Made by a program: the position numbers and the translations under genes
The notes under the pieces: model-generated
Databases searched by the model: none
Seen by the model: only the letters and a program-made list of their open reading frames with translations
Told to the model about the DNA's origin: nothing
In this document: positions 41,000 to 54,182 of the stretch, piece after piece
Position numbering within the stretch: position 1 is the stretch's first letter
Layout of the letters: every line of letters begins with the position of its first letter
Assembly: GCA_963761305.1 (NCBI GenBank)
Contig: CAVXGK010000002.1
Span: 1,152,001-1,216,000 of the forward strand
DNA: 64,000 nucleotides
Direction: 5' to 3'
Source of the DNA: an uncultured Gemmatimonadaceae bacterium
GTDB lineage: Bacteria > Gemmatimonadota > Gemmatimonadetes > Gemmatimonadales > Gemmatimonadaceae

Positions 41000-42102
41000 C
41001 GCGCTCCGCCCGCGATCACGCGCTGGAGATGGGCCTCGGTCTGATCCGCGGCGCGCTCCCAGGTGAAGCTTTCGGCGAAGACGCGCGCTTCGGCGCCAAG
41101 GCGTTCGAGCAATTCGTGCGACTGGGCGATCCGCCGCATGCCCGCGGCCATCGCGGACACGTCGCCGTGCGGCACGAGAAAGCCCGTGTCGTCCGTCGCG
41201 CACCGACTCGCGGATTCCCGGCGAGTTCGACGCGACGACCGGCGTAGCGCAGGCCGCGGCCTCGAGGTTCGTGATTCCCCAGCCCTCCTTTGGAGACGCA
41301 AACACCAGCGCCCAGGCGCGTCGCAACAGCGAGAGCTTTTCCGCCTCGCTGATTCGCCCAAGAAACTTCACGCGTTGGCCGAGGTCAAGCGAGCGCGCGA
41401 GAGCCTCGAGGTCGGGGCGATAGTCGCCGGCGCCCGCGATCTCCAGCACCGCGTCGGGGACGTTGAGCTGCGCGAACGCACGAATCACGAGATGCACGCC
41501 CTTGTAATTCTTGAGCCGTCCGAGGTACGCGAACACCGGCGTGCGCGAGCGCACCGACGCGTCCGGCGTGTAGCCGACCGTGTCGACGCCGGGGTAGATC
41601 ACCTCGATCAACGAACGCGCGATGCCGCGCCCATGCAAATCGTCGGCGGTGCTTTCGCTGATCGCCTGGAACGGCACGTCGCGGTACATGCGTCCCAGCG
41701 GGCGCTCGGCGGTCCAGACCGCGGCGGCGAGCGGCGCCGGCAGCTCGTGAAACGCGGTCGATCCGAAGAGATGCGGCACGAGCGCCATCGTGCGCTGGGC
41801 GCCCCAGCGCGGCGTGTACAGCGGGACCTTGTTGATGTCCTCGACCAGTATGTCGGCCGAATTCGCGAAGTGCCGCGTGTAGTGGCGGTGCGCGAGGAAT
41901 GGAAAGCTGTGGCGCGTGCCGACGCGATTCACATCGATGCCGTCGAGCGCTGCGCGCGGCGGACATCCCGGCCATCCGCCGCAGAGCAGCGAATCTCGTG
42001 TCCCTTGAGCGCGAGACGCCCGAAGATCTCGTGCAGGTGGATCTCGGCGCCGCCGGCTTGCGGATTCTCACGATCCTGCCAGTTGACGACGAGGACGCGC
42101 AC
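40996..42102 (-). CDS. Glycosyltransferase family 4 protein (two apparent 1-nt indels near 41991 and 41192)
   Basis: VNWQDRENPQAGGAE, YLGRLKNYKG and EGWGITNLEA; continuous reading needs two frame corrections. Confidence 0.85.
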
Positions 42103-42522
42103 TACATGCGCCCCATGCGCCGCGCCAGCGCGTCGAGGACGCCGTTCACGAACTTCGCGCTCCGGCGCGGACCCGTATCGCTCGGCGAGGTGCACCGACT
42201 CCTGAATCACCACGCGCGGCGGCGTCTCGCCGCGATCCAGCTCCGCGGCGGCGAGTCGCAGCACGCAGCGTTCGACGACGCCCAGCCGCTCGAGGCGCCA
42301 GTTGGTGGTGACGTCGGCGAGCTCGGCGTCGAGGGCCGATCCGCGGCGCGACAGCTCGTCGACGAGCGGACGGGCGAACTGACGCTCGTCGGCCGGGACG
42401 GCGAGGTCGTCCCAGATGCGGCTCGCGACGCGCTCGAGCGACTCGTTCGCCCGAACATCCCACGCGTAGAGCGCTTGCAGCGCGCGCGCGCGTGCGCGCG
42501 TCTCAACCCTCGTCCGCGGCAT
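42102..42522 (-). CDS. nusB: Transcription antitermination factor NusB (apparent +1 indel near 42165)
   Basis: RARALQALY and NWRLERL; after correction YGSARSAKFVNGVLD. Confidence 0.9.
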
Positions 42523-42983
42523 CCAGGCGATCGAACAGGTCCACCATCTCGAGCGCGGCGAGCGCGGCGTCCCATCCCTTGTTGCCGTGCGCGCCGCCGG
42601 CACGTGCGCTCGGCCTGCTCGTCGTCGTCGCAGGTGAGCACGCCGAAGCCGATCGGGGTGTCGAATTCAGTGCTCGCGCGTGCGAGCCCGCGCGAGGCTT
42701 CGCCGGCGACGTAGTCGAAGTGCGGCGTGTCGCCGCGAATCACCGCGCCCACGGCGACGAGCGCGTCGTACCGTTCGGTGGCCAACAGGCGACGCGCGGC
42801 GATCGGCAGCTCCCACGCGCCGGGCACCCACACCACGTCGACGTCGTCGGCCGACACGCCGTGGCGGACGAGCGCGTCGAGCGCGCCGTCGACGAGCTTG
42901 TCGACGATCGACTGATTGAACCGGCTGGCGACGACCGCGAATCGCCGGTGCGCACCGGACGGGGTTCCGGCGAATTCGGCCAT
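42503..42983 (-). CDS. ribH: 6,7-dimethyl-8-ribityllumazine synthase (apparent +1 indel near 42608)
   Basis: VPGAWELP and GAVIRGDTPHFDYV; after correction ARAGGAHGNKGWDAA. Confidence 0.92.
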
Positions 42984-43002
42984 TCTATAGGACGGGCCTC
43001 AG

Positions 43003-44220
43003 TCAGTCTGCTGCGTCGGACGTAAACAGATGTCCGAGCTTGTCGCGCTTGGTGCGGAGATAGTCCGCGTTCTCGTCGTGCGACGGCTGGACGATCGGTA
43101 CGCGCTCGTCGAGTCGAATGCCATAGCCCTCGAGGCCGACCATCTTGCGCGGATTGTTCGTGATCGGGCGAATCGACGTGAGGCCCAGGTCGAGCAGGAT
43201 CTGCGCGCCGATTCCATAGTTGCGGAGATCGGGCTTGAAGCCGAGCTGCTCGTTCGCTTCGACCGTGTCGGCGCCGCGATCCTGCAGCTCGTACGCCTTG
43301 AGCTTGTTCAGCAGGCCGATGCCCCGCCCTTCCTGGTCGAGATAGACGATGACGCCGCGGCCTTCCTTGGCGATCATCTCCATCGCCTTGTCGAGCTGCC
43401 ATCCGCAATCGCAGCGCAGCGAGTGGAACACGTCGCCGGTGAGACACTTCGAGTGAATGCGAACCAGCACGCCCTCCGCGCCCGCCACGTCGCCGTACAC
43501 GAGGGCCACGTGTTCGTGGACATCGACGTCGTTCTTGTAGCCGACGATGCGCCACTCGCCATGCTCGGTCGGCAGCCGCGCTTCGGCCACGCGATGCACG
43601 AGGCGCTCGCTCTTGAGCCGGTACGCGACGAGCTGCGCCACGGTGACGAAGACGATGTTGTGCTCGGCGGCGAAGGTCTCGAGCTGCGGCCGACGCGACG
43701 TCGAGCCGTCCTCGTTCAAGATCTCACAGATGACGCCGGCCGGGGACAGTCCGGCGAGCCGCGCGAGGTCAACCGCCGCCTCAGTATGGCCGACGCGCTG
43801 CAGCACGCCGCCGTCGCGCGCGCGCAGCGGGAACACGTGGCCGCCGTGGCGCAGGTGCCCCGGCTCGGCGTCGGGTTGCACGGCGACGCGAATCGTCTTG
43901 GCGCGGTCGTGCGCGCTGATGCCGGTCGTCACGCCGAAGCGCGGCGACGCGTCGATGCTCACCGTGTACGTCGTGCGGTAATCGTCGAGGTTCGTCTCGC
44001 TCATCGGGTCGAGGCCGAGCGCGTCGACGCGTTGGCCCGTGATCGCCAGGCAGATCAATCCGCCCGCCTTCTTGATCATGAAGTTGACCATCTCGGGCGT
44101 GATGAGCTCCGCCGCGCAGATGAGATCGCCTTCGTTCTCGCGATCCTCGTCGTCGGCGACGATCGCGAACTTGCCGTCGCGGATCGCCTCGATTGCCTGC
44201 TCTATCGTTCCGAAAGCCAT
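43003..44220 (-). CDS. ribBA: Bifunctional DHBP synthase / GTP cyclohydrolase II
   Basis: DDEDRENEGD, GHTEA, RIHSKCLTGD...CDCG and QEGRGIGL. Confidence 0.96.
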   Translation of the reverse strand: MAFGTIEQAIEAIRDGKFAIVADDEDRENEGDLICAAELITPEMVNFMIKKAGGLICLAITGQRVDALGLDPMSETNLDDYRTTYTVSIDASPRFGVTTGISAHDRAKTIRVAVQPDAEPGHLRHGGHVFPLRARDGGVLQRVGHTEAAVDLARLAGLSPAGVICEILNEDGSTSRRPQLETFAAEHNIVFVTVAQLVAYRLKSERLVHRVAEARLPTEHGEWRIVGYKNDVDVHEHVALVYGDVAGAEGVLVRIHSKCLTGDVFHSLRCDCGWQLDKAMEMIAKEGRGVIVYLDQEGRGIGLLNKLKAYELQDRGADTVEANEQLGFKPDLRNYGIGAQILLDLGLTSIRPITNNPRKMVGLEGYGIRLDERVPIVQPSHDENADYLRTKRDKLGHLFTSDAAD

Positions 44221-44807
44221 GTGGATTCCTTGAGCAAACGCTGCACGTACTTCCCGAGCATGTCCGCCTCGACGTGCACGCGATCGCCGGCGGCCAGACC
44301 ATCGAGCGTCGTGTGCCGCAGCGTGAATTCTATGAGTGACAGCTGCACGGTGGCCGGCGTCGGGAGGTCGTTCACGGTGAGGCTCACGCCGTCGACCGCC
44401 AGCGAACCGTGCGGTACCATAAGCTCGGCGAGCCCGGAAGGGAGAGCAAGGTCGACGAGACGCGCGTCCCCCCGCTGAGCGACCGACTCGACGGTGGCAA
44501 CCCCGTCTACGTGGCCTTGGACGAAATGTCCGCCCAACCGATCGCCGACGCGCAGGGCTCGCTCGAGGTTCACGCGCGCACCGGCCTCCCACGCGCCCAT
44601 CGTCGTTCGGTCGAGCGTCGTCGTGATGGCCGCCGCGGTGAACCATTGCGGCCCATGCTCGCGCACCGTCAGACACGCGCCGTTCACGGCGATGCTCTCG
44701 CCGGCGGCAAGATCGCCGTAGCGACACTCGATGCGGAACTCGCGTCCCGCCTCGGTGGTCGCGACGCTCGCGATGCGTCCGACGTCGTCGATCAGGCCGG
44801 TGAACAC
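44202..44807 (-). CDS. ribE: Riboflavin synthase
   Basis: MFTGLI, SIAVNGACLTV and GGHFVQGHVD. Confidence 0.95.
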   Translation of the reverse strand: MFTGLIDDVGRIASVATTEAGREFRIECRYGDLAAGESIAVNGACLTVREHGPQWFTAAAITTTLDRTTMGAWEAGARVNLERALRVGDRLGGHFVQGHVDGVATVESVAQRGDARLVDLALPSGLAELMVPHGSLAVDGVSLTVNDLPTPATVQLSLIEFTLRHTTLDGLAAGDRVHVEADMLGKYVQRLLKESTWLSER

Positions 44808-45916
44808 GCGACCTCGCGCAATGCGTAGATGGTCATTGTGTCTTCGCCGAACGGCCGTTGGTCCACCACGCGCGTGCGCTCGAGCGACGCCGCGAATCCA
44901 GCCGGCGCGAAGTCGAACGCGCCGAGTGCGTGGCCCCCCCCGCCGCCGACGGAAGTCCGTGAGTGAAAGATAATGAGCCGGTCGGCGAGCGATCTCTCGA
45001 GAAACGAACCGGCGAGCCGCGCGCCGCCCTCGACGAACAGCGACCGCACGCCGCCTTCGCGCAGCCGAACGAGCGCGGCCTCGAGATCCGCCGCCTCGAT
45101 CACGTCCACGCCCCGACTCGCCAGCGCGCCGATCGCAGACGCGTCGGCGCCCGGACGCACGACGACGGTCGTCGGAACGTCGGCGGCCGTGCGGACGAGC
45201 ACCGACTCGAGCGGCGTTCGCGCCTGCGAATCGAATACAACTCGCCGCGGCGCCACCCGCGGCGCGGGAACGCCCCGCACGGTGAGCGCGGGATCGTCGG
45301 CGAGCACGGTTCCGATTCCCACCGCGATCGCGTCGCTGTTCGCGCGGAGACGGTGCACGTCGGCGCGCGACGCTTCGCCCGTGATCCAGCGTTGGTCCGG
45401 CGACGCGTTGGCGATGCGATCGTCCGCCGAGACGGCGAGCTTGAGCGTCACCCACGGACGCGTGCTCGCCTGCGCGTGAAAGAACGGCGCGTTGAGCTCG
45501 ATCGCGGAATCGCGATCGTCGGCCGGCGAGAGATCGGCCTTCACGCCGGCCGCGCGCAGCTTCTCGATTCCACCGCGCGCGACGCGGCTCGGGTCGCGGA
45601 CGGCCGCCACCACGCGGCCGATTCCCGCGCCGATGATCGCGTCGACGCACGGCGGCGTCTTTCCCTGGTGCGTGCACGGTTCCAGGCTCACGTAGAGCGT
45701 CGCGCCCTTCGCGGCCGTGCCGGCCTCGCGCAACGCAACCACCTCGGCGTGCGCGTCGCCGAAACGCGCGTGGAATCCTTCGCCGAGCACGCGGTCGCCC
45801 GCAACGACGACCGCGCCGACCATCGGGTTCGGCGCGGTCTGTCCCCACCCACGCTCGGCCAGCGCGAGCGCGCGACGCATGAACTGGTGGTCCTCGCGTC
45901 GCGCGTCGTCGGTCAT
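44792..45916 (-). CDS. ribD: Riboflavin biosynthesis deaminase/reductase
   Basis: PNPMVG, HAE, LEPC...PPC and VEGG. Confidence 0.95.
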   Translation of the reverse strand: MTDDARREDHQFMRRALALAERGWGQTAPNPMVGAVVVAGDRVLGEGFHARFGDAHAEVVALREAGTAAKGATLYVSLEPCTHQGKTPPCVDAIIGAGIGRVVAAVRDPSRVARGGIEKLRAAGVKADLSPADDRDSAIELNAPFFHAQASTRPWVTLKLAVSADDRIANASPDQRWITGEASRADVHRLRANSDAIAVGIGTVLADDPALTVRGVPAPRVAPRRVVFDSQARTPLESVLVRTAADVPTTVVVRPGADASAIGALASRGVDVIEAADLEAALVRLREGGVRSLFVEGGARLAGSFLERSLADRLIIFHSRTSVGGGGGHALGAFDFAPAGFAASLERTRVVDQRPFGEDTMTIYALREVACSPA

Positions 45917-45932
45917 GTCGTGCCGGGAAACG

Positions 45933-46952
45933 TCATCGGCTCAAGCTGAAGCCGAACGATCCGTACACCTGCGAGCGACTGGGGCTACCACCCGAGAACG
46001 AGTTGTAGGTTTGCACCGTTCCACCCATCGCGTCGCCGACCTCGAACACGAGCTTGAGCACCGGCAGGTTGATCGAGAAGTCGGCGAACATGTTCGTGCG
46101 ATCCATCGTCTGTGCGAGGTCCACGGTCTCATTGCCGGCGGCGCCGCTCTCGGTGACGGTGCCTTTGATCGTCGCCGACTGCTTGTAGCTGTCGCGCCCG
46201 ATGCCCGCCGCGACCGAGAAACGAATCAGGCTCTTGCTGGCGACGACGCGCCACGCGTGCGTCTGCACGTCCATGCCACTGACGTCGAGCGTCGTCTGAG
46301 CGCCGTTGTTTGTCGACGTCGTGTTGATGTCGATCGTGGGCAAGTCACGCTCGATCCACGTGAACGACACGCCGGGGAAGGCGATCGATTCGGAGAGCAA
46401 CCCGATTCGAGCGCCGTATCCGAACTTGAGGTTCGACGACGGCGTGAGCGAAAAGTCGGTCCCGGTGATCGATGGGACGTACTCGGCGCTCACCAGCGCG
46501 TCGACGCCGAGAACGTTCGTCAGCGCGAGCGGAAAGCCTTTGTACAGGCCGATCGCCGCGTCGGCCGTCGGGAGGCCGAAGACCGACGTCTTGGTGGGCA
46601 GCGTGCGCTGCTGCGCGCCGTTGACGCTCACCGGATAGCCGTCTCCGCTCGTATTCGGAAGCAATCCGCCGAACGCGTTGACCCGCACGCCGACGGAAAA
46701 ATGGCCCAGCCCACCGAGCACGCTTCCCTGGCCCGCGGTCGCGTTGCCGCCGGTAAGAGCGAGTCCGAGCTGCGGCGCGAGCAGTTGATAGACGTCGTAC
46801 GCCTGCTGGCACGCGTCCTGGCCGATGAGCCCCACCGAGCCCCCGCCGCCACTGCTGCATGCGGGCGTCGAAAGTCCTTGCGCCGACAAACCCGGCAGTG
46901 GCGCAACGACGAGCGCGACGATGGCAGCAATTCGCGAAAGACGACCACGCAT
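45933..46952 (-). CDS. Hypothetical exported protein, probable outer-membrane beta-barrel
   Basis: Signal peptide; alternating beta-strands; aromatic C-terminus YGSFGFSL. Confidence 0.7.
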   Translation of the reverse strand: MRGRLSRIAAIVALVVAPLPGLSAQGLSTPACSSGGGGSVGLIGQDACQQAYDVYQLLAPQLGLALTGGNATAGQGSVLGGLGHFSVGVRVNAFGGLLPNTSGDGYPVSVNGAQQRTLPTKTSVFGLPTADAAIGLYKGFPLALTNVLGVDALVSAEYVPSITGTDFSLTPSSNLKFGYGARIGLLSESIAFPGVSFTWIERDLPTIDINTTSTNNGAQTTLDVSGMDVQTHAWRVVASKSLIRFSVAAGIGRDSYKQSATIKGTVTESGAAGNETVDLAQTMDRTNMFADFSINLPVLKLVFEVGDAMGGTVQTYNSFSGGSPSRSQVYGSFGFSLSR

Positions 46953-46955
46953 ACG

Positions 46956-47993
46956 CTACTCCCCCTCGAGGACTACGCGACCCGACCCGGTAGCGGTGCG
47001 ACCGATGGTCCATCCTCGGACGCCCGCGGCAGTCACGGCGGCGATCACGCTGTCGACGGAGCTCGGCGGCACGATCACCACCATCCCGACGCCCATGTTG
47101 AACGTTCGGAACATTTCTGAACGGTCCACGCGCCCGGCGCGTGCCAACTGCTGGAAAACGTTCGGCACCGTCCAACTCTTTGTGTCGACGAGCGCGTCGA
47201 GCGTTGGCGGCAACGCACGGTTGAGATTGCCCGGGAGCCCGCCGCCCGTGATGTGCGCCATCGCGTGCACGGACCCGTCGGTGAGCACGGGCCGCAGCGC
47301 GGCGAGATACGAGCGATGCACGGCCAGCAACACATCCGCCGCCGAGCGGTCGTCGCCGGGAAAACGATCGGACACGCCGAGGTTCATGCGCTCGGCGACG
47401 ATGCGGCGGGCGAGCGACAAACCGTTTGTGTGCAGTCCGCTGCTCTCGAGTCCGACGAGCACGTCGCCGTCGCGCACGCGCGACGATCCGAGGATCGCGT
47501 CTTCGTCGACGTAGCCGACGATGAACCCCGCGAGATCGTAGTCCGGCGGCGTGTAGACGCCGGGCATCTCGGCCGTCTCGCCGCCGATCAGTGCGCAGCC
47601 GTTCTCGCGGCACCCGGCGGCGACGCCCTTCACGATTCCCTCGACGACGCTCGGATCGAGCGCGCCCATCGCGACGTAATCGAGAAAGAACAGCGGCAGC
47701 GCGCCCTGCACGAGAATGTCGTTGACGCAGTGGTTCACGAGGTCGTGGCCGACCGTGTCGTGGCGTCCCGCGTCGATCGCGACCTTGAGCTTGGTGCCGA
47801 CGCCGTCGGCGCTGGCGACGAGCACCGGTTTCGGAACGTCGGTCGGGACGCGGAACATGCCGCCGAATCCGCCGAACTCTCCTCGCGCACCCGCGGTGAG
47901 CGTCGACAACACGTGCGCCTTGATGCGATGCTTGGCGTCGTCGGCCGCATCGATGTCGACGCCGGCTGTGCGATAGTCGAGCCGGTCGCTCAC
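46956..47993 (-). CDS. purM: Phosphoribosylformylglycinamidine cyclo-ligase
   Basis: DGVGTKL, GGETAEMPG, SSGLHTNG and HITGGG. Confidence 0.97.
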   Translation of the reverse strand: MSDRLDYRTAGVDIDAADDAKHRIKAHVLSTLTAGARGEFGGFGGMFRVPTDVPKPVLVASADGVGTKLKVAIDAGRHDTVGHDLVNHCVNDILVQGALPLFFLDYVAMGALDPSVVEGIVKGVAAGCRENGCALIGGETAEMPGVYTPPDYDLAGFIVGYVDEDAILGSSRVRDGDVLVGLESSGLHTNGLSLARRIVAERMNLGVSDRFPGDDRSAADVLLAVHRSYLAALRPVLTDGSVHAMAHITGGGLPGNLNRALPPTLDALVDTKSWTVPNVFQQLARAGRVDRSEMFRTFNMGVGMVVIVPPSSVDSVIAAVTAAGVRGWTIGRTATGSGRVVLEGE

Positions 47994-48907
47994 GCCGTTC
48001 CCTGCTCGAACGAGACGAGCCGGTGGAAGTCGCCGACGCGGCGTCGCAGGTCGTCGCGCGTGATCTCGAGCAGTCGATCGACGGAGAACTTCTCGACGGC
48101 GAACGAGCCCATGGCCGAGCCGTACACCACGGCGCGGCGAAGGTTGGCTTCGGAGAGGTCGCCCGTGCTGGCGAGGTAACCCATGAAACCACCGGCGAAG
48201 GAATCGCCCGCGCCCGTCGGATCGAACACCGACTCCAACGGATACGCCGGCGCGAAGAACACGTTCTCGTTGGTGAACATGAACGCGCCGTGTTCGCCCT
48301 TCTTGATCACGACGTGCTTGGGGCCGCGCTTCATGATCCAGCGCGCGGCCTTCACGAGGTTGAACTCCTCGGTGAGCTGCCGCGCCTCGGCGTCATTGAG
48401 CGTGATGAGGTCGACGTGCGAGAGGAGCTTGAGGAGATCCGGCCGCCGGCTCTCGATCCAGAAGTTCATCGTGTCGCAGGCGACGAGCTTCGGTTTGGCG
48501 ACCTGCGTCAGCACGTCGAGCTGCAGCCGCGGGTCGATGTTCCCCAGAAACACGAACGGCGCATGCTTGAACTGTTCGGGAATCTTCGGCCGAAAGTTCG
48601 AGAAGACGCCGAGGTGCGTCTCCAGCGTCTCGGCGACGTTCAGGTCGTGGCGGTATCGCCCGCGCCAGCGGAACGACGTGCCCTCCGCCCGCTCGAGCCC
48701 GGCGAGGTCGATCGGCCGCGACGCGAACGCCGTCTTCAACGCGTCGAGAGGAAAGTCGGCCCCGATCACGCCGACCAGTTGCACCGGCGCGAGATGGCTC
48801 GCCGCGGCCGCGAAGAACGTGCCCGACCCGCCGAGGACGTTGTCCGCGCGGCCGAACGGCGTCTCGACCGAGTCGAGAGCTACCGAGCCGACGACGAGAA
48901 CTGACAT
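47990..48907 (-). CDS. PfkB-family carbohydrate kinase
   Basis: VVGSVALD, GGSG and DPTGAGDSFAGG. Confidence 0.92.
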   Translation of the reverse strand: MSVLVVGSVALDSVETPFGRADNVLGGSGTFFAAAASHLAPVQLVGVIGADFPLDALKTAFASRPIDLAGLERAEGTSFRWRGRYRHDLNVAETLETHLGVFSNFRPKIPEQFKHAPFVFLGNIDPRLQLDVLTQVAKPKLVACDTMNFWIESRRPDLLKLLSHVDLITLNDAEARQLTEEFNLVKAARWIMKRGPKHVVIKKGEHGAFMFTNENVFFAPAYPLESVFDPTGAGDSFAGGFMGYLASTGDLSEANLRRAVVYGSAMGSFAVEKFSVDRLLEITRDDLRRRVGDFHRLVSFEQGTA

Positions 48908-48938
48908 GAGGATTGGTTGAAGTGACGGATGTGGCGGC

Positions 48939-50582
48939 TCACATCCGCTCCGGCGCGGTGATGCCGAGCAGCGCGAGGCCGTTGCGAAACACGAGCTGCG
49001 CCGCGCGCGCCAGCACGAGCCGGGCGCGCATCAGCGGCTCGGGCTCGTTGAGGACGTGCGCCTTGTGATACCAGAGGTGCGTCTTGCCGGCGGTTTCGTG
49101 CAGATAGTTGGCGATGCGATGCGGTTCCAGCGCCGCCGCCGCGCCGGCGAGGATCGCCGGATAGTCGAGCAGCGCCTTCATGAGCTCCTGCTCTTCGGGC
49201 AGCGACAGGAGCGAGAGATCGGCGTCGTTCCCCGTGACCGTGGCCGGATCGATTTCGCCCACACGGAAGATGCCCGACATGCGCGCATGCGCCATCTGGA
49301 TGTAGTAGACCGGATTCTCGTCCGACTGCGACCGCGCGACGTCGACGTCGAACACGAGCTGCGAGTCGCCCTTCCGCATCAGGAAGAAGTAGCGCACCGC
49401 GTCGCGGCCGACCTCGTCGACCAGGTCGCGCACCGTGACGTAGCTGCCGGCGCGCTTGGAGATCTTCACCTCGTCGCCGCCGCGCATCACGGTCACCATC
49501 TGGTGCAGCACGTAGTCGGGATAGCCCTTGGGGATCCCGGCATCGAGCGCCTGAAGGCCGACGCGCACGCGCGTCACCGTGCTGTGATGGTCGGCGCCCT
49601 GCACGTTGATGGCGCGCTTGAAGCCGCGCTCCCACTTGGTGACGTGATAGGCGACGTCGGGAACGAAGTACGTGAACGTTCCGTCGCTCTTTCGCATCAC
49701 GCGGTCCTTGTCGTCGCCGAAGTCCGTCGTGCGCAGCCAGAGCGCGCCGTCCTTCTCGTACGTGTGGCCCGCGGCGACGAGCCGCGCCACCGTCTCGGCG
49801 ACGCGCCCGTCATCGTAGAGCGACGACTCGAGGAAATAGACGTCGAACTTGACGCCGAACGCCTGCAGGTCGCGATCCTGTTCCTTGCGCAGCTCGCGCA
49901 CGGCGAAGCGTTGAACGGCCTCGAGATCGTCCGCGTTGGCGTCGGCTGCGTTCTCCTCGACGTAGCGCTGCGCCAGTTCGCGAATGTATTCGCCGTGATA
50001 GCCGCCCTCGGGCAGCGGCACGTCCTGGCCGGCGAGCTGCCGCACGCGGGCCCGCACGCTGAGCGCGAGGTTCGCGATCTGCGCCCCGGCGTCGTTGTAG
50101 TAGAACTCTCGCGAGACGCGCCAGCCGGTCGATGAGAGCAGCGCCGAGATCGCGTCGCCGAGCGCCGCTTGGCGTCCGTGGCCGACGTGCAGCGGCCCGG
50201 TTGGATTCGCCGACACGAATTCGACGTTCACCGCGCACTGCTCGCCGGCGTTCGAGTGCCCGTACTGATCGCCGGCCGCGATCACCGCCCGCAATCCTTC
50301 CGCGAACACGTCCGTCGCGACGCGAAAATTGATGAACCCTGGGCCGGCGATCTCCGCCGCGCGGATTCCGGCCCGCATGTAGTCCATTCGCTCGACGATC
50401 GCCTGCGCGAGATCGCGCGGCTTCTTGCCGAGTGATTTGGCGAGGGTCATCGCGAGGTTCGTCGCCCAGTCGCCGAACGCCGGATCGCGCGGACGCTCGA
50501 TGACCGGATCGACGTCAGCCGGCGCGCCGAGCGACGTGGCGACGCGAACGAGCTCGGCGCGCAGCGCTTCGGTCGTGTCCAT
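48939..50582 (-). CDS. argS: Arginine--tRNA ligase
   Basis: [21 protein letters not shown] and [12 protein letters not shown]. Confidence 0.97.
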   Translation of the reverse strand: MDTTEALRAELVRVATSLGAPADVDPVIERPRDPAFGDWATNLAMTLAKSLGKKPRDLAQAIVERMDYMRAGIRAAEIAGPGFINFRVATDVFAEGLRAVIAAGDQYGHSNAGEQCAVNVEFVSANPTGPLHVGHGRQAALGDAISALLSSTGWRVSREFYYNDAGAQIANLALSVRARVRQLAGQDVPLPEGGYHGEYIRELAQRYVEENAADANADDLEAVQRFAVRELRKEQDRDLQAFGVKFDVYFLESSLYDDGRVAETVARLVAAGHTYEKDGALWLRTTDFGDDKDRVMRKSDGTFTYFVPDVAYHVTKWERGFKRAINVQGADHHSTVTRVRVGLQALDAGIPKGYPDYVLHQMVTVMRGGDEVKISKRAGSYVTVRDLVDEVGRDAVRYFFLMRKGDSQLVFDVDVARSQSDENPVYYIQMAHARMSGIFRVGEIDPATVTGNDADLSLLSLPEEQELMKALLDYPAILAGAAAALEPHRIANYLHETAGKTHLWYHKAHVLNEPEPLMRARLVLARAAQLVFRNGLALLGITAPERM

Positions 50583-51079
50583 CAGTCGCTCGAGCCCGGC
50601 TTTTTGGGTGTCGAGCTCGACGAGTCGGTCTTGCCGCTCGATTTGTCGCCCCCGCCGCTCGATTTGTCGCCGCCGCCCGTCGATTCGGTTCGCTTCGACT
50701 CGGCGCTGCTCGACGAGCTCGATTCCGACCTCGATTCTGATTTCGATTCTGATTTCGATTCTGATTTCGAATCGCCGCTCTTCGAATCCGTCTTTGTCTC
50801 TTTTGTTTCGCCGCCTTGGGCGTCGCCGGACGATTCGCCGCCGCCGGACTTGTCAGTCGGGCGCCCGGAGCCGGCGCCCTCTTTTCGATGCGCGTTGCGC
50901 CCGTAGTCGGTGAGGTAGAAGCCGGATCCTTTGAACACCAGGCCGGCACCGCCTGACATCTGTCGCGTCGCAACCTTGCCGCACACCGGACACTCGAGCT
51001 CCGACACGGCATCGGCCATCTTGCGATAGAAGCGCTCGAAGCTGTGGCCGCTTGGGCAGCGGAACTCGTAAGTTGGCAT
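50582..51079 (-). CDS. FmdB-family zinc-ribbon protein with low-complexity Ser/Lys/Glu tail
   Basis: [13 protein letters not shown] and [11 protein letters not shown]; repeated SKSE units. Confidence 0.9.
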   Translation of the reverse strand: MPTYEFRCPSGHSFERFYRKMADAVSELECPVCGKVATRQMSGGAGLVFKGSGFYLTDYGRNAHRKEGAGSGRPTDKSGGGESSGDAQGGETKETKTDSKSGDSKSESKSESKSESRSESSSSSSAESKRTESTGGGDKSSGGGDKSSGKTDSSSSTPKKPGSSD

Positions 51080-51165
51080 TTAGCTGAGACTTAGACGGCG
51101 CGCTCGGGATAGAAAAGCTAACGACTGTTGGAAGGGGAGTTCAAGGACGCGCGAACGGGAATCGA

Positions 51166-51229
51166 CCGTCCATCCGTCCATCCGTCCATCCGTCCATCCG
51201 TCCATCCGTCCACCCGTCTACCCGTCTAC
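51166..51229. repeat. Octamer tandem array CCGTCYAY x8
   Basis: (ccgtccat)x5, ccgtccac, (ccgtctac)x2, abutting the mutase stop codon. Confidence 0.92.
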
Positions 51230-51232
51230 CCG

Positions 51233-52843
<1,611 letters not shown>

Positions 52844-52966
52844 GCGCGCCCGGAAGATATCCGCCCCGAACGCCGTGTGCCGGCTCCGGCCAGGCTCCGT
52901 GAGCCGTACTCGCCTCCTGGCGCTGGCTGAGCCGCTACGAGATGTACAACCGCCACGACATGTACA

Positions 52967-53078
52967 ACAACGATTTCGCGGAGAACCGCAGGATTCCGCG
53001 GAGAAGAACCAAGAGCATTTGTGAAAACCGCAAATGTTCTATCCGCGAAATCCGGCTGTTATTCCGCGAAATCGTTGT
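52967..53078. repeat. Long imperfect palindrome (REP/MITE-like), about 112 bp
   Basis: ACAACGATTTCGCGGA...GGATTCCGCGGA pairs with TCCGCGAAATCC...TCCGCGAAATCGTTGT; inner stem GAGCATTTGTG-AAAAC-CGCAAATGTTC. Confidence 0.85.
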
Positions 53079-53147
53079 CTTCCAGCGGTTCATCGAGCTC
53101 GCCGGCCGGCAAGACCCTCGCGGCGACGATCTGGTCGCCGGGTCGGG

Positions 53148-54176
<1,029 letters not shown>

Positions 54177-54182
54177 GCTGCC

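Noticed and set aside
40031..41932. 633-aa glycosyltransferase-HprK fusion in the ORF track
   Set aside because: It results from a 1-nt insertion near 41192. hprK has its own ATG at 40999 overlapping the glycosyltransferase stop.
50600..50800. 12-bp and 21-bp repeats in the FmdB-family gene as a separate element
   Set aside because: They are in-frame and encode a low-complexity SKSE/GGGDKSS tail.
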